Source: Planctomycetota bacterium (lineage in GTDB: Bacteria > Planctomycetota > UBA1135 > JACQFD01). Taken from it: a stretch of 64,000 bases of DNA. This document shows positions 42,949-52,995 of this stretch, one piece after another. The position numbers and the translations under genes were made by a program. The stretch covers positions 76,955 to 140,954 of the forward strand of contig JAEUHX010000087.1 of assembly GCA_016792805.1 (NCBI GenBank), read 5' to 3'. How positions within the stretch are numbered: the stretch's first letter is position 1; each line of letters begins with the position of its first letter. The notes under the pieces were generated by a model, which had not been told where the DNA came from, did not search any database, and worked only from the letters and a program-made list of their open reading frames with translations.

Positions 42949-44241
42949 TTACGGATTTCTCATGGTGAAAGTGAATTGAGCTTCGGCCACCAGCTTGGCG
43001 TTCACGAGCGCCTTGCCGTGGACAACTCCAACATTCTCCTTGAACTTCTGGGTCTCGACTTCGAGGCGCAGCTGATCTCCCGGAAACACCGCGGCTCGCA
43101 GCTTCACGCGGTCAATTGCCCACAATACCGCGAGCTTGCCCGTGTTCTCAAGGCGGCGCAGCAGCAGCACTCCCGCCAACTGTGCCATCGACTCAAGAAT
43201 GAGCACGCCCGGCATGATGGGATTGCCCGGGTAGTGCCCCTGGAAGAACGGCTCATTCATGCTCACGTTCTTCAGACCAACCGCTCGGCGGAAGCCGTCG
43301 CGCTCGATCACTCGGTCGATCAACAAAAACGGATAGCGGTGCGGCAGCACCGATTGAATCTCACGAATATCCACGAATGCAGGCGGCCGCAGCTCGCCGG
43401 AATCCTCGCGAAGCTTCATTTCCTCGACGAGGGCCTTGACGAGTTCTGCATTCAGGGAATGCCCGCTTCGAGTCGCAACGACATGTGCATTGAGGTCGAC
43501 GCCTGTGAGGAACAGATCCCCGATGAGATCGAGCACCTTGTGCCGCACCGGCTCGTCGGGGATCCGAAACGAGGGCGGCTCATTGGGACTCAGGACGACA
43601 GTGTTCTCGAGGCTTGCACCTTTGCCGAGCCCAGCAGCCCGGAGGGCGTCGATCTCCTCCGCGAGGCAGAACGTCCGCGCGGGAGCCACGTCGCTCAGGA
43701 AAGTCTGCGAGTCGACTCGGCAAGAGTAATTTTGCGACACAATTCCCGGGAACCGGAAATCCCCGAGGTATTGGATCGTGAGCCCTTCCGCGGCCGGGTA
43801 GCAGACGAGGGAAACTTCGCGGTCGCGCACTGCGATCGGCTTCAGCGGAGAGAACACTCTTCGCGGGGATTTCTGCTCGACGAACCCCATCTCGAGGAAC
43901 CGCTCGGCCAGGGGCTTCGCGGAGCCATCCACACCGGGAACCTCGGGCCCGTCGAGTTCAACGTCGAGGTTGTCGACGCCGAGAGCGTGGCAGCAAGCCA
44001 ACAGATGCTCGACGGTATCCACCTCCGCATTGCCGACCTTCAGCGTCGTTCGCCGATTTGTTGCAGTAATCGAATCTGCCGCGGCGGGAATACCCGGGGA
44101 ATCCGGGAGATCGACTCGGTGGAACACGACGCCGTTGCCGGCCGGCGCAGGCTTCACTCGGAGACGAATCTGCTTTCCGGAGTGCAAGCCGACGCCGGTC
44201 GCCTCGAAGGGCGCGCGAAGAGTTCGTTGATTTCTGGGCAC
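42949..44241 (-). CDS. lpxC-fabZ: Bifunctional UDP-3-O-acyl-GlcNAc deacetylase / 3-hydroxyacyl-ACP dehydratase (LpxC-FabZ fusion)
   Basis: 430 aa. The N-terminal LpxC part has GVGLHSG, TVEHLLA and ATRSGHSLN. The C-terminal FabZ part has LPHRYPFLLIDRV, FFQGHYPGNPIMPGVL and ESMAQ. Confidence 0.9.
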   Translation of the reverse strand: MPRNQRTLRAPFEATGVGLHSGKQIRLRVKPAPAGNGVVFHRVDLPDSPGIPAAADSITATNRRTTLKVGNAEVDTVEHLLACCHALGVDNLDVELDGPEVPGVDGSAKPLAERFLEMGFVEQKSPRRVFSPLKPIAVRDREVSLVCYPAAEGLTIQYLGDFRFPGIVSQNYSCRVDSQTFLSDVAPARTFCLAEEIDALRAAGLGKGASLENTVVLSPNEPPSFRIPDEPVRHKVLDLIGDLFLTGVDLNAHVVATRSGHSLNAELVKALVEEMKLREDSGELRPPAFVDIREIQSVLPHRYPFLLIDRVIERDGFRRAVGLKNVSMNEPFFQGHYPGNPIMPGVLILESMAQLAGVLLLRRLENTGKLAVLWAIDRVKLRAAVFPGDQLRLEVETQKFKENVGVVHGKALVNAKLVAEAQFTFTMRNP

Positions 44242-44292
44242 GACGTGAATCGGGTTGCCGCCCCGCTCGGAAAAATGGCCGCGCGGAAGAGA

Positions 44293-44916
44293 CTACTTCA
44301 GAGATTTCAGAATCTCGGCTGTGGCGTCGAGGTCCTTGTGGAACCATAACACTTGTCGTCGAAGCGCGCGCTCGTAGCGACCCACGATGTCTTCGTCGCC
44401 CTGCTCTTCCTCATCGATCGTGAAGACGCAGTCGATTCCATTGGCGGCGGCCCACGTCGCAACGGCCTGCTGGATCTGTTGATACTCCCAGATGAGGATC
44501 CGAAGGCGCTTCTCTTCACGCTCGCGCTTCAGCTCCTCCTGCTCCACCTGAAGCATGGCCACGCCGCGCGCGACCTCGCCATTCAGACGCTTGACCTCGT
44601 CTTTCTGCCCTTGCTTGGCGGCCTGCTTGGCCTCCTCGCGCTTCTTGTCGAGCTCCGAAGCCTTGCGCTCGAGGGCCTCCGTCCGGCCGCGGAACTCCTC
44701 GTTCCATCTTGTTGCTTCCTTTTTGGCCGTTTCCCAGCCGCCGAGGATAGCGTTGAGATTAATGAATCGATAATTGGGCTTTGCGCCCTCGGCCGCCGAC
44801 GAGCCTTCGGAACGGCTTCCCGAGTTCGAGGCAAGGGCGGCGGCTGGGAGCGCGCTCGCCGCGCCTACTGCGAGGGCAGAGTTCAAAAATCCACGCCTAT
44901 CCAAAGGGGTTGCCAT
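44293..44916 (-). CDS. skp: OmpH/Skp-like periplasmic chaperone with twin-arginine-like signal
   Basis: ORF 44293..45009. ATG at 44916 follows the bamA stop. N-terminus MATPLDRRGFLNSALAVGAASALPAAALA, a coiled-coil core, and a C-terminal IQQAVATWAAANGIDCVF...KDLDATAEILKSLK that is OmpH-like. Confidence 0.75.
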   Translation of the reverse strand: MATPLDRRGFLNSALAVGAASALPAAALASNSGSRSEGSSAAEGAKPNYRFINLNAILGGWETAKKEATRWNEEFRGRTEALERKASELDKKREEAKQAAKQGQKDEVKRLNGEVARGVAMLQVEQEELKREREEKRLRILIWEYQQIQQAVATWAAANGIDCVFTIDEEEQGDEDIVGRYERALRRQVLWFHKDLDATAEILKSLK

Positions 44917-44941
44917 GGGAGATCTCTTACTGCGAGCTGGA

Positions 44942-47479
44942 TCAGAAGATGCCAACGGTAAAGGAGAGAATTCGAGAATCGTCCGTCTTCTCGCGAAGCC
45001 AAGGGGCACCGAGGTGAATCGCGATCGGAAGCTGCGGAAGATACGGAATGCGGATACGCACGCCGATGCCGAGGCCCGAACGCACGTCCCCGAGGCCGGG
45101 GTCGTGGGGGCGCTCTCCGATGCCCCCCCAGTCGTTCCAAATCACGCCGCGGAGCACTTCGATCTCGTCATCCCGCCCCGGCATGCGCGCCGCGAAGAGT
45201 GGGAATCGATACTCAAGCGAAAGCGTGTAAAGCGCCTCGCCGCCGAGGGGCTGCCCGAAATACACGGGGCCTGCACCGCGGAAACGGAAGCCGCGCAAGG
45301 AGCCCTCGCCGCCGAGGAAGAAACGCTCCGAGTAGGGCACATTCCGCTGGTCGCCCGTCGTAAATGCGACGCCGCCCCGGGCCTGCGCGAAGAGCGTGTG
45401 CGGATGTCCGTCCTCGTTAGAACCCAGCGGAAACCACTGGCGAAAGACGAACTGTGACTTCTGGAAGTCAAAATTACCGCCGAGGACATTGCCGACGCTC
45501 TCGTGGTCGACCTGGAACGTCGTTCCTTTCGTCGGCTCGACCGGCAGATCGGTATCTCGGTAGCCGGCGCCGAGCGAGATGGAGCGGAGCTCGCTGTTCC
45601 CCCGCTGCTCGAAGAGGAGCTTGGGCGCAGTTTCATTAATGTCCAGGAGCCGGATGTTCTCGTTGCGAAGGGTCGCGTCGACGAACCAGTTCCGATCAAG
45701 GGATTTCCCGAGAGACACCGACTCGCCGAGGCGATCCTCACGGTTCGTGGGCAAGAGGAAGATCTGATAGAAAATCCGAGATGAGAACGACCAAGGCTGC
45801 TGGTGATCTCCGAACAAATCCGGCTCCGTGAATCGAATATCAAAATTCGATTTCTGAAGGCCGGGGAGAATTGAGAAGAACAGCTCTTGGCCGGCACCCG
45901 TGAATGCGCGCGAATCGGCGATCTCGGAGACAGCGTTGTCAAGCGAGGACGGAGGGTGGAAGAGGTCGAAGTTCCTCTTCGTGAAAGTAAAGCCTGCGAA
46001 CGGTCCTGTGTTCGAGCTGATTCCGCCAGCCAGCGCGAAATTCCCGGTTCGTCCTTCGGTGACCTCGATCTCGATGTCCTTCCACTCCGGATCAGGCGTC
46101 TCGATGAAGCGATAATTGGTCCGAGTCGAGGCCTCCTCGAAATATTGAAGAGCCTGGAGATTCAGAATTGAGCGCTCGATGGCGGTCTGGTCGACGGGGT
46201 CGCCGGGATAGAACTCAAGCGCGCGGCGCACGACGCGGTCCTGGGTTAGACGATTGCCCGTCACCAGCACGTCGCGCACCTTCATCGGCGAGTTCTCGGT
46301 GATCTCGTAGACGACATCGACGACGGTGTCACTCTCATCGGAGTGATAAGTGAGCACCGGCTCAGAGATCTGCCACGAATCGCGCAGTGTGGGATGGCGC
46401 GCGAATCCATGCTCACCATAGAAGCGCTGAATGGCTCGGAAGTCGCGCAGCACCCCGTCTTCTGTATACGGGTCGCCGGGCTTGAGCAGAACCTTCGAGA
46501 GGACTTCCTCCCGCGAGAACGCCTTCATGCCGGTGACGTCGATCTTGCCGACTCGGTAACGCCTGCCCTCGTCGATCAGGACCACGAGGTCGACGGAGGA
46601 GCCATCTGCTGAGAACTGTACGGTCGGACACTCCACAACCGCGTCGTGGTATCCTTCCTTTCTATAATACCTTCGCAGCGCAACCAGATCCTGCCGAAGC
46701 TTGCTTTCCGAGAACTCGCTGCCACGGAAGAAAAGGAATTTGCCGTGAAGCTCTGTGGCCGCCGTCAGGTGTTTCCCGAGGCCGAGGAATGTCGACGCAG
46801 GCACCTGGTTGGCGCCTCGGAACTCCATCGAACGAACTCGGACGAGCGGCCCTTCGATCACGTCGTAGAGCGCCCGCTGTTTATCGTAGTCTTTCTTGAG
46901 ACTCACTTCTGCGAACAGATAACCGCGGTCTCGGTAGAAGCGTTGAATCTCGCGGCGAATGCGCTCGGCGGTCACGTCATCGAGATCGGACGTGGCCGTC
47001 ACTCCCGTGGCGTCGAGAAGCTCCTTGCGCTTGAACTCGCTGTTGCCGCGGATCTCGAGCGATCCCACGGCGCGCACCTCCTCCACCTTCACAAAAACGG
47101 AAACGCCGCCCGCCGGATGCGCATCGACGCGAAGCTCCAGAACTCGCACTTTGGCGAGACGCCACAAATCCCGAAGCCCTTCACGCACGCGCGAAGCGTC
47201 GTATCGCTCTCCGATGCGAATCTGCAGATAACCGAGGATATCGGCTTCGCTGTGTCGGAAGCTGCCATCGACCTTCACGGTCTTCACTTCGAGATCCTGT
47301 GCACCGGCTCCGCCTTGAAGCGGCCCGGCAGGAATCAACACGTCCAGCACGGCATCGGAGGGCGCCAAAGCAATCGTGCGCTCTCCCGGCGCGTCACTCA
47401 CAAGCCCCGGATACGCCCTTGCCGGTGCGCCGACCCCGAAGAGCGCTCCACCCGCGAGCAGAAACGAGAGTCCGCTCAC
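44942..47479 (-). CDS. bamA: Outer-membrane protein assembly factor BamA
   Basis: 845 aa. POTRA-like repeats (VKVDGSFRHSEADILGYLQIRIGERYD...) and a C-terminal Omp85 barrel ending in ILSFTVGIF. The GTG start overlaps the dnaB stop (GTGA). Confidence 0.9.
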   Translation of the reverse strand: MSGLSFLLAGGALFGVGAPARAYPGLVSDAPGERTIALAPSDAVLDVLIPAGPLQGGAGAQDLEVKTVKVDGSFRHSEADILGYLQIRIGERYDASRVREGLRDLWRLAKVRVLELRVDAHPAGGVSVFVKVEEVRAVGSLEIRGNSEFKRKELLDATGVTATSDLDDVTAERIRREIQRFYRDRGYLFAEVSLKKDYDKQRALYDVIEGPLVRVRSMEFRGANQVPASTFLGLGKHLTAATELHGKFLFFRGSEFSESKLRQDLVALRRYYRKEGYHDAVVECPTVQFSADGSSVDLVVLIDEGRRYRVGKIDVTGMKAFSREEVLSKVLLKPGDPYTEDGVLRDFRAIQRFYGEHGFARHPTLRDSWQISEPVLTYHSDESDTVVDVVYEITENSPMKVRDVLVTGNRLTQDRVVRRALEFYPGDPVDQTAIERSILNLQALQYFEEASTRTNYRFIETPDPEWKDIEIEVTEGRTGNFALAGGISSNTGPFAGFTFTKRNFDLFHPPSSLDNAVSEIADSRAFTGAGQELFFSILPGLQKSNFDIRFTEPDLFGDHQQPWSFSSRIFYQIFLLPTNREDRLGESVSLGKSLDRNWFVDATLRNENIRLLDINETAPKLLFEQRGNSELRSISLGAGYRDTDLPVEPTKGTTFQVDHESVGNVLGGNFDFQKSQFVFRQWFPLGSNEDGHPHTLFAQARGGVAFTTGDQRNVPYSERFFLGGEGSLRGFRFRGAGPVYFGQPLGGEALYTLSLEYRFPLFAARMPGRDDEIEVLRGVIWNDWGGIGERPHDPGLGDVRSGLGIGVRIRIPYLPQLPIAIHLGAPWLREKTDDSRILSFTVGIF

Positions 47480-48849
47480 TGCGACTCACCTCGGCCGAAT
47501 GCCAAGTTTCGGAACCGCGTCGCGCCGGAATCGAAAGCCAACAAAATCGTATCCGTGGGACCGTTTCGCTGCTTCGCAACAATCACCTCCGCTTTCCCCG
47601 TGTTCTCCTCCGTGCGCTTGTAGAGCTCCTCGCGATAAAGGAGCATCACGACGTCGGCGTCCTGCTCGATGGATCCAGACTCGCGCAAGTCGGCGAGCTT
47701 CGGCCGGCGATCTTCCTTTTCCGTGCTCCGGTTGAGCTGCGAAAGCGCGATCACCGGGGTGTTGAGTTCGCGCGCGAGCGCCTTGAAAGAGCGCGAGATC
47801 ACAGAGATCTCCTGCTGACGGCTCTCCGCGCCCGGCTGGCTCACGAGCTGTAAATAGTCAATGATCACGAGATCCAACATGCCTCGCGACTTGAGCCGCC
47901 GCGCCTTCATACGAATCGAGAAGGGCGTCTGCGTACCTGCATCGTCGATCCAGATGTTTGCGCGCTCGAGCCGTCCGGCAGCATCGGCGAGCCGGTAGAG
48001 CTGATCCTCGGGGAGGCGTCCCGTGCGCAGCGCGTGCGAATCAACGCCCGCGTCGGCGCAAAGAAACCGATTGGTGAGCTCCTCCCGCGACATTTCCAGG
48101 CTGAAGAGCGCGACGTGGGCGGCGTGATCGCGGTTCAGCGCCGCATTCGAAGCAACATTCAGCGCGAAGGCGGTCTTTCCCATGCCGGGCCGGCCTGCAA
48201 CAATAATGAGCTGACCCTTGCGCATGCCGGTCGTCAGGTCGTCGAGATCATAAAAACCCGTTTCGACGCCTCCGTCGTGCCGGGAGCTTCGATCTCGGCT
48301 CTTCTCGATGCGCTGCATCGACGGATGTACCAGATCCTTGATCCACTGGCCGGTACCCGACGTCTCGCGGTCTGCGATTTCGAAGATCTTTCGCTGGGCC
48401 GCGTCCAGGAGCGCGGGCATCCCCCCTTCGTTGTCAGCAGGCGGATTTCTTGCAAGATCAATAATCTCCCCGCCCGCTCGGAACAGACTTCTCCGAACAG
48501 ATCGCTCGCGCACGATCTGCGCGTGCCGGAGGATGTTCGCGGAGGTCGCGACCATCTCGACGACCGATTGGAGATAGCTTCGACCGCCCGCCGCCGTGAG
48601 CTCGCCTGTTCGCTCCAGCTCGTCGCCGACGGTGATGTAATCGACCGAGAAGGTCTGCTGCCACACCGCGCGAATCGCCCGGAAGATGCGTTGGTGGCGC
48701 GTGTCGTCGAAGTCGTCGGGATCGACTGCCTGGAAAAGCTCCAGGAGCGCGTCCTTCTCGTGCGGATCAACGAGGATCGAGCCGATGACGGCGGCCTCTG
48801 CCTCGGGATCGGCAAGCCGGCTGCGCGAATCGTCGGACGGGGTGGACAC
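47476..48849 (-). CDS. dnaB: Replicative DNA helicase DnaB
   Basis: 457 aa. Motifs AEAAVIGSIL, GRPGMGKTAFALN, SLEMS, IIDYLQL and ALSQLNR. Confidence 0.95.
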   Translation of the reverse strand: MSTPSDDSRSRLADPEAEAAVIGSILVDPHEKDALLELFQAVDPDDFDDTRHQRIFRAIRAVWQQTFSVDYITVGDELERTGELTAAGGRSYLQSVVEMVATSANILRHAQIVRERSVRRSLFRAGGEIIDLARNPPADNEGGMPALLDAAQRKIFEIADRETSGTGQWIKDLVHPSMQRIEKSRDRSSRHDGGVETGFYDLDDLTTGMRKGQLIIVAGRPGMGKTAFALNVASNAALNRDHAAHVALFSLEMSREELTNRFLCADAGVDSHALRTGRLPEDQLYRLADAAGRLERANIWIDDAGTQTPFSIRMKARRLKSRGMLDLVIIDYLQLVSQPGAESRQQEISVISRSFKALARELNTPVIALSQLNRSTEKEDRRPKLADLRESGSIEQDADVVMLLYREELYKRTEENTGKAEVIVAKQRNGPTDTILLAFDSGATRFRNLAFGRGESQ

Positions 48850-49096
48850 AGAGAAATCTCGCCGATGGGGGCGGGCAGCGGAACGAAGAGCGAAGGCAAC
48901 CGCAGCGAAAATCGGGCGCCCTTCTTACCGTTCTACGGGCGGCGCCGCCACGGTGCTCGGGCTCAAGGCACCGAAGAGATCCCGCCCGCTTCGAGGAGGG
49001 CAGCGCGCACCGGCGATCTCAACAGTTCTGCAAATGCGCCGCGCGCCCTTGGCCAACCTTCGTCGGCCGCCGGCGCGCGGACGGAGCATCGAGGAG

Positions 49097-49561
49097 CTAA
49101 CTGCTCTTCTTCACTTCGGTGACGAACACCTTGATCTCGGCCGAAACTTGGCCGCGAAGGTGGATCTTCACCGGGAAGGCTCCGACCTCCTTGATCGGGT
49201 GCTCGAGGCGCACGTCGCGCTCGGGCACCTGGAAGCCCTTCTGCTCAAGCGCGGCTGCGATCTCGCGCGCGCCGACCGAGCCGTAGAGCTGTCCCGACTC
49301 GGAAGTCGCCGCCTCGATTTGTAGCTCAACGCCCTGCATCTTCGCAGCGACGGCGTGGAGTTCCTCGAGGCGCTTGGCGTCCTCAGCCGCCCGTCGCGCA
49401 CGAAGCTTATCAATGCGCTTGCGGCTCTCAGCATCGGCCACCACGGCGAGACGCCGCGGGAAAAGGTAATTGCGAGCGTAGCCCGCAGACACCTTCACCA
49501 CGTCGCCCATGCGCCCCAGGGGGTCGATGTCGCTCTGGAGAATCACTTCATAATCCGGCAT
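49097..49561 (-). CDS. rplI: 50S ribosomal protein L9
   Basis: 154 aa. Begins MPDYEVILQSDIDPLGRMGDVVKVSAGYARNYLFPRRLA. Confidence 0.9.
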   Translation of the reverse strand: MPDYEVILQSDIDPLGRMGDVVKVSAGYARNYLFPRRLAVVADAESRKRIDKLRARRAAEDAKRLEELHAVAAKMQGVELQIEAATSESGQLYGSVGAREIAAALEQKGFQVPERDVRLEHPIKEVGAFPVKIHLRGQVSAEIKVFVTEVKKSS

Positions 49562-49645
49562 GGCTATACCTTGTGTTCAGCAATCTTCGCGGCGAAAGAC
49601 ACCGCGCAGAGAATTCAACGAAGTCTTCGCAACAGATCCTGCTGC

Positions 49646-49942
49646 TCAAACGACGTAGGGAAGAAGGCCGACGAAGCGCGCCCGGCGAACCGCCTGCGCG
49701 AGAAGTCGCTGGCACTGAGCGCAATATTTCGTGCGCTTGCGCGACTGGAGCTTTCCCTGCGGCGTCAAGTAACGCTGCAGGAGCGGAAGGTTTTTGTAAT
49801 CAATCGGATCTTCCTTGTCGTCGCACTGACGGCGCATTGCGCCGCCCGAGAAACGCTTGAACTTCCGATCGCCATTTCCGACGCCATTTCCGGAGCGGGA
49901 GTCACCGCGGGACCCGCCGCCCGGTCCATTCATGGAACTCAT
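49646..49942 (-). CDS. rpsR: 30S ribosomal protein S18
   Basis: 98 aa. Contains IDYKNLPLLQRYLTPQGKLQSRKRTKYCAQCQRLLAQAVRRARFVGLLPY. ATGA overlap with rpsF. Confidence 0.9.
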   Translation of the reverse strand: MSSMNGPGGGSRGDSRSGNGVGNGDRKFKRFSGGAMRRQCDDKEDPIDYKNLPLLQRYLTPQGKLQSRKRTKYCAQCQRLLAQAVRRARFVGLLPYVV

Positions 49943-50370
49943 TCTTCCACCTCGTCGAGTGCATCGCGTCCAGGAACCACCTCAGGAATCCCGTCCAGAG
50001 CGGGCTCCACCGGCGGGAGAATTTCTTCAATCTGGGGCGCGATCGTCGCATCCCAGGGCTCCTCCATAACCTTTGCCGGCACCGAGTCGGTGCGCAGAAT
50101 CATGCAACGGAGGATCGCTTCTGTGAGTTGAGCCTCATGCTCAATTTTCGCAGGGGCAGTGGAAGGAGCGTCGAAGTACGCGAGCATGTAGGTCGCGCGC
50201 TTCTGCTTCTTGATGTCATAGGTGAGCTTTCGCTCATCCCACTTGCGAACGATTCGCGGCGCTGCGCCGTGCTTGGTGAGCAGCGTCGTGATGCGATCGC
50301 GGGCCTGCTCGAGGCCCTTTTTCACCTCCCGGTTGTCCAGGAGGAACATCGCTTCGTACAGATAGGTCAT
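49939..50370 (-). CDS. rpsF: 30S ribosomal protein S6
   Basis: 143 aa. Begins MTYLYEAMFLLDN...KWDERKLTYDIKKQKRATYML and has an acidic tail. Confidence 0.9.
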   Translation of the reverse strand: MTYLYEAMFLLDNREVKKGLEQARDRITTLLTKHGAAPRIVRKWDERKLTYDIKKQKRATYMLAYFDAPSTAPAKIEHEAQLTEAILRCMILRTDSVPAKVMEEPWDATIAPQIEEILPPVEPALDGIPEVVPGRDALDEVEE

Positions 50371-50489
50371 CGTTGGGTCCGATTGGTTCCGTCGGGAACG
50401 CGTTTCGGGAGTCAGGACGCCCGTGACGCGCCGTCGGAGATCCGGTTGCGCTCCTTGATCGATCGCCTTGGGGAGATCACTCCCTTTGG

Positions 50490-51158
50490 CTACTCGGTCT
50501 GGGGATCGCTGCCGGACCTCGTCCCGCGCCCGCCGCCTCCGGACTTCGGAGGCTCGCCCGCGGGCGCGTTCAGAGCATTCATCAGCCGATTCAGGTCGCC
50601 GGTTTCACACCACCGAGCGACGTGGCCGGCCACCGTTTCCACGGTGTCCGAGATCACTTTTCGCTCAGCAGTATTGAACTTCGAAAGGACGAAGTTTTCC
50701 GTGACGCCTCGGACTTCACCGATCCCGATTCGCACGCGCGGAAACTGATCCGTCGCGAGCGAGCCGATAATCGACTTCAGCCCGTTGTGACCTCCGGCGC
50801 TTCCACTCGGCCGAACGCGAATTCGCGCCAGGTCGAGATGAAAGTCGTCACAGATCACAAGAATGTTCGTAGGTTCGATTCCGAAGCGATCGCGCGCCGC
50901 CGACACCGCTGAACCGCTCAGGTTCATGTAGGTCGTCGGCTCGAGCAGCGCGAAGCCGCGTCCGGAATCCTCACCGATCTCGCCGAGCGTCTTGCCCGCG
51001 CCAAACCGACCGCGGAAACGGCCGAGCCGTACTCCAAGGTCGCGTGCGATTCGCTCGACCACGTCGAAACCGACGTTGTGGCGGGTACCGGCGTATTCCT
51101 CGCCGGGATTCCCGAGTCCCACAACCAGCCGGTGGATCGACATGGCAGCCGCTTCCAT
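50490..51158 (-). CDS. pth: Peptidyl-tRNA hydrolase
   Basis: Motifs LVVGLGNPGEEYAGTRHNVGF, TYMNLSG and GSAGGHNGLKS. An alternative ATG exists at 51143. Confidence 0.9.
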   Translation of the reverse strand: MEAAAMSIHRLVVGLGNPGEEYAGTRHNVGFDVVERIARDLGVRLGRFRGRFGAGKTLGEIGEDSGRGFALLEPTTYMNLSGSAVSAARDRFGIEPTNILVICDDFHLDLARIRVRPSGSAGGHNGLKSIIGSLATDQFPRVRIGIGEVRGVTENFVLSKFNTAERKVISDTVETVAGHVARWCETGDLNRLMNALNAPAGEPPKSGGGGRGTRSGSDPQTE

Positions 51159-51225
51159 GGCTCACTCGAAAGCGCACGAGCCTTCGAGCAACCGGGGAAA
51201 CGAGCTCCGAGCTCGGCGTAGATCG

Positions 51226-51888
51226 TTACTTTTTCTCCTTGTCGCCAGCCTCCTCGCCCTCCTCTTCGGCGGCAGGGCGCTTGGCGATCATCTCCGGCTC
51301 CTGCGGTCCGCCCTCTGCGCCCGCGGCCGCCGGCTCCGGTTCCAGACCCTTCTGGTGGACCGTGCAGACGATCGAGTCAGGGGGCGACGCCAACGCGACG
51401 CCAGCAGGAAGAGTGAGTTCTTTCGCGGTGATCGACATGTGCAGATCGAGATGATCCACATTCACGCGGATGCTCTCAGGGATCTGTGTCGGGAGGCACT
51501 CGACCTCAACCTCATTCATCGGGTGAACAAATTCGCCGCCGGCGCCGAGGCCCTTGGGATGACCTTTGAACTCGAGCGGCACGTTCACGCGCATCTTCTT
51601 CGTCTCGTCGATGCGCAGGAAGTCGATATGCACCACTCCATCGCCGAGAGCGTCGTGCTGGACATTCTTCAAGAACGCCATCGAGGCCGGACCGGATCCT
51701 TCGATGCGGAACACGCGACGATGCTTGCGAAGAAGAATATCGAACTCCTCGGCGCCAACCGTTACGTGCGCGACCTCTTTGCCGCCGCCGTAGAGCACCG
51801 CGGGAATCCCGCCCTTGCGGCGCACGCGCCCGGCCTCCTTGGAGCCGCCAACTTTGCGAGGCTGAACTTTGAGAACACCGGTTTCCAT
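51226..51888 (-). CDS. rplY: 50S ribosomal protein L25 / general stress protein Ctc
   Basis: 220 aa. Contains RRKGGIPAVLYGGGKE...VQHDALGDGVVHIDFLRI and has an acidic C-terminal tail. Confidence 0.9.
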   Translation of the reverse strand: METGVLKVQPRKVGGSKEAGRVRRKGGIPAVLYGGGKEVAHVTVGAEEFDILLRKHRRVFRIEGSGPASMAFLKNVQHDALGDGVVHIDFLRIDETKKMRVNVPLEFKGHPKGLGAGGEFVHPMNEVEVECLPTQIPESIRVNVDHLDLHMSITAKELTLPAGVALASPPDSIVCTVHQKGLEPEPAAAGAEGGPQEPEMIAKRPAAEEEGEEAGDKEKK

Positions 51889-52044
51889 GGCAGTGATCCG
51901 AGCGTCGAGAGAAGTGGAACTTTGAGAAGTGTGAGAGTGTCGAAAGGAATCGGGGAGCAGGCCGCCGTTTCGGGAAGGTGCGCGCGCCGGGAGGATGGGC
52001 GGCCTCGCCGCGGCTTTTGGCCGGCGGCTCAGCTACAGATCCGG

Positions 52045-52995
52045 TCAGCCCGGCGAAGGCCCCTTCTCGTTGAAGAGATCGCTCACCGATTGGGATCGGA
52101 AAATTCGGAGAATCGCCTGCGCCAGCAGCGTCGCCGTCGAAATGATTGTGACATTCGGCGGCGGGTTGAGGCAGGGGATCGTGTCTGTAAGAAAGATCTG
52201 TTCGGCACCGCACGCCGCCAGGCGTTCGCGCGCCGGACCGCAGAGGACCGCGTGGGTCGCTCCGACGTACACGCGCTTGGCGCCGAACTTCTTCACAATT
52301 TTGACCGCTTCGGCGATCGAGCCACCCGTCGAGATCATGTCATCGACGAGGAGCACTGTCTTGTCCTTCACGTCGCCGATCACATTCTCCGAGACGGTTT
52401 TTGTGGCATTGACGCGCCGCTTATCGACGATCGCCAGCTCCGCCTGGAGATCGCGGGCATACGCGCGCGCCATCTTCACGCCGCCGACGTCGGGCGAAAC
52501 CACGACCGGTTCGTCGACGACGAGCTTTCGGAAGTGAGAAATCAGAACCGGCTTCGCGTAGAGGTGATCGACGGGAATATCAAAGAAACCCTGGATCTGC
52601 GCCGCGTGCAAGTCGACCGACACGACTCGGTCTGCGCCAGCTTCTGTTATGAGATTCGCGACGAGCTTCGCACTGATCGGCACGCGCCCCTCATCCTTCC
52701 GGTCCTTGCGCGCATAGCCGAAGTAAGGAATCACGGCGGTGATCCGGTCGGCAGACGCGCGGCGCAGGCAGTCGATCAGAAGCAGAAGCTCAACGATGTT
52801 CTGATTGACGGGCGGGCAGGTGGGCTGAATCACGAAGACGTCGCGTCCGCGGACGTCTTGGTTGACTTTGATATCGATCTCACCGTCGGGGAAATCGCTG
52901 ATTTGGATATCTCCCAGCGCGGTCCCGAGGTTCCGAGCGATCGCGTCGGCGAGCGCGGGATGCGCGCGACCCGAGAAGAGCCGCACGCGATCCAT
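52045..52995 (-). CDS. prs: Ribose-phosphate pyrophosphokinase
   Basis: ORF 52045..53169. Homology to Prs starts exactly at MDRVRLFSG (ATG 52995; compare E. coli MPDMKLFAG). Motifs ITAVIPYFGYARKDRK and VDDMISTGGS. A GTG at 53169 would add a 58-aa Gly/Ala/Arg-rich extension, so the start is uncertain. Confidence 0.9.
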   Translation of the reverse strand: MDRVRLFSGRAHPALADAIARNLGTALGDIQISDFPDGEIDIKVNQDVRGRDVFVIQPTCPPVNQNIVELLLLIDCLRRASADRITAVIPYFGYARKDRKDEGRVPISAKLVANLITEAGADRVVSVDLHAAQIQGFFDIPVDHLYAKPVLISHFRKLVVDEPVVVSPDVGGVKMARAYARDLQAELAIVDKRRVNATKTVSENVIGDVKDKTVLLVDDMISTGGSIAEAVKIVKKFGAKRVYVGATHAVLCGPARERLAACGAEQIFLTDTIPCLNPPPNVTIISTATLLAQAILRIFRSQSVSDLFNEKGPSPG

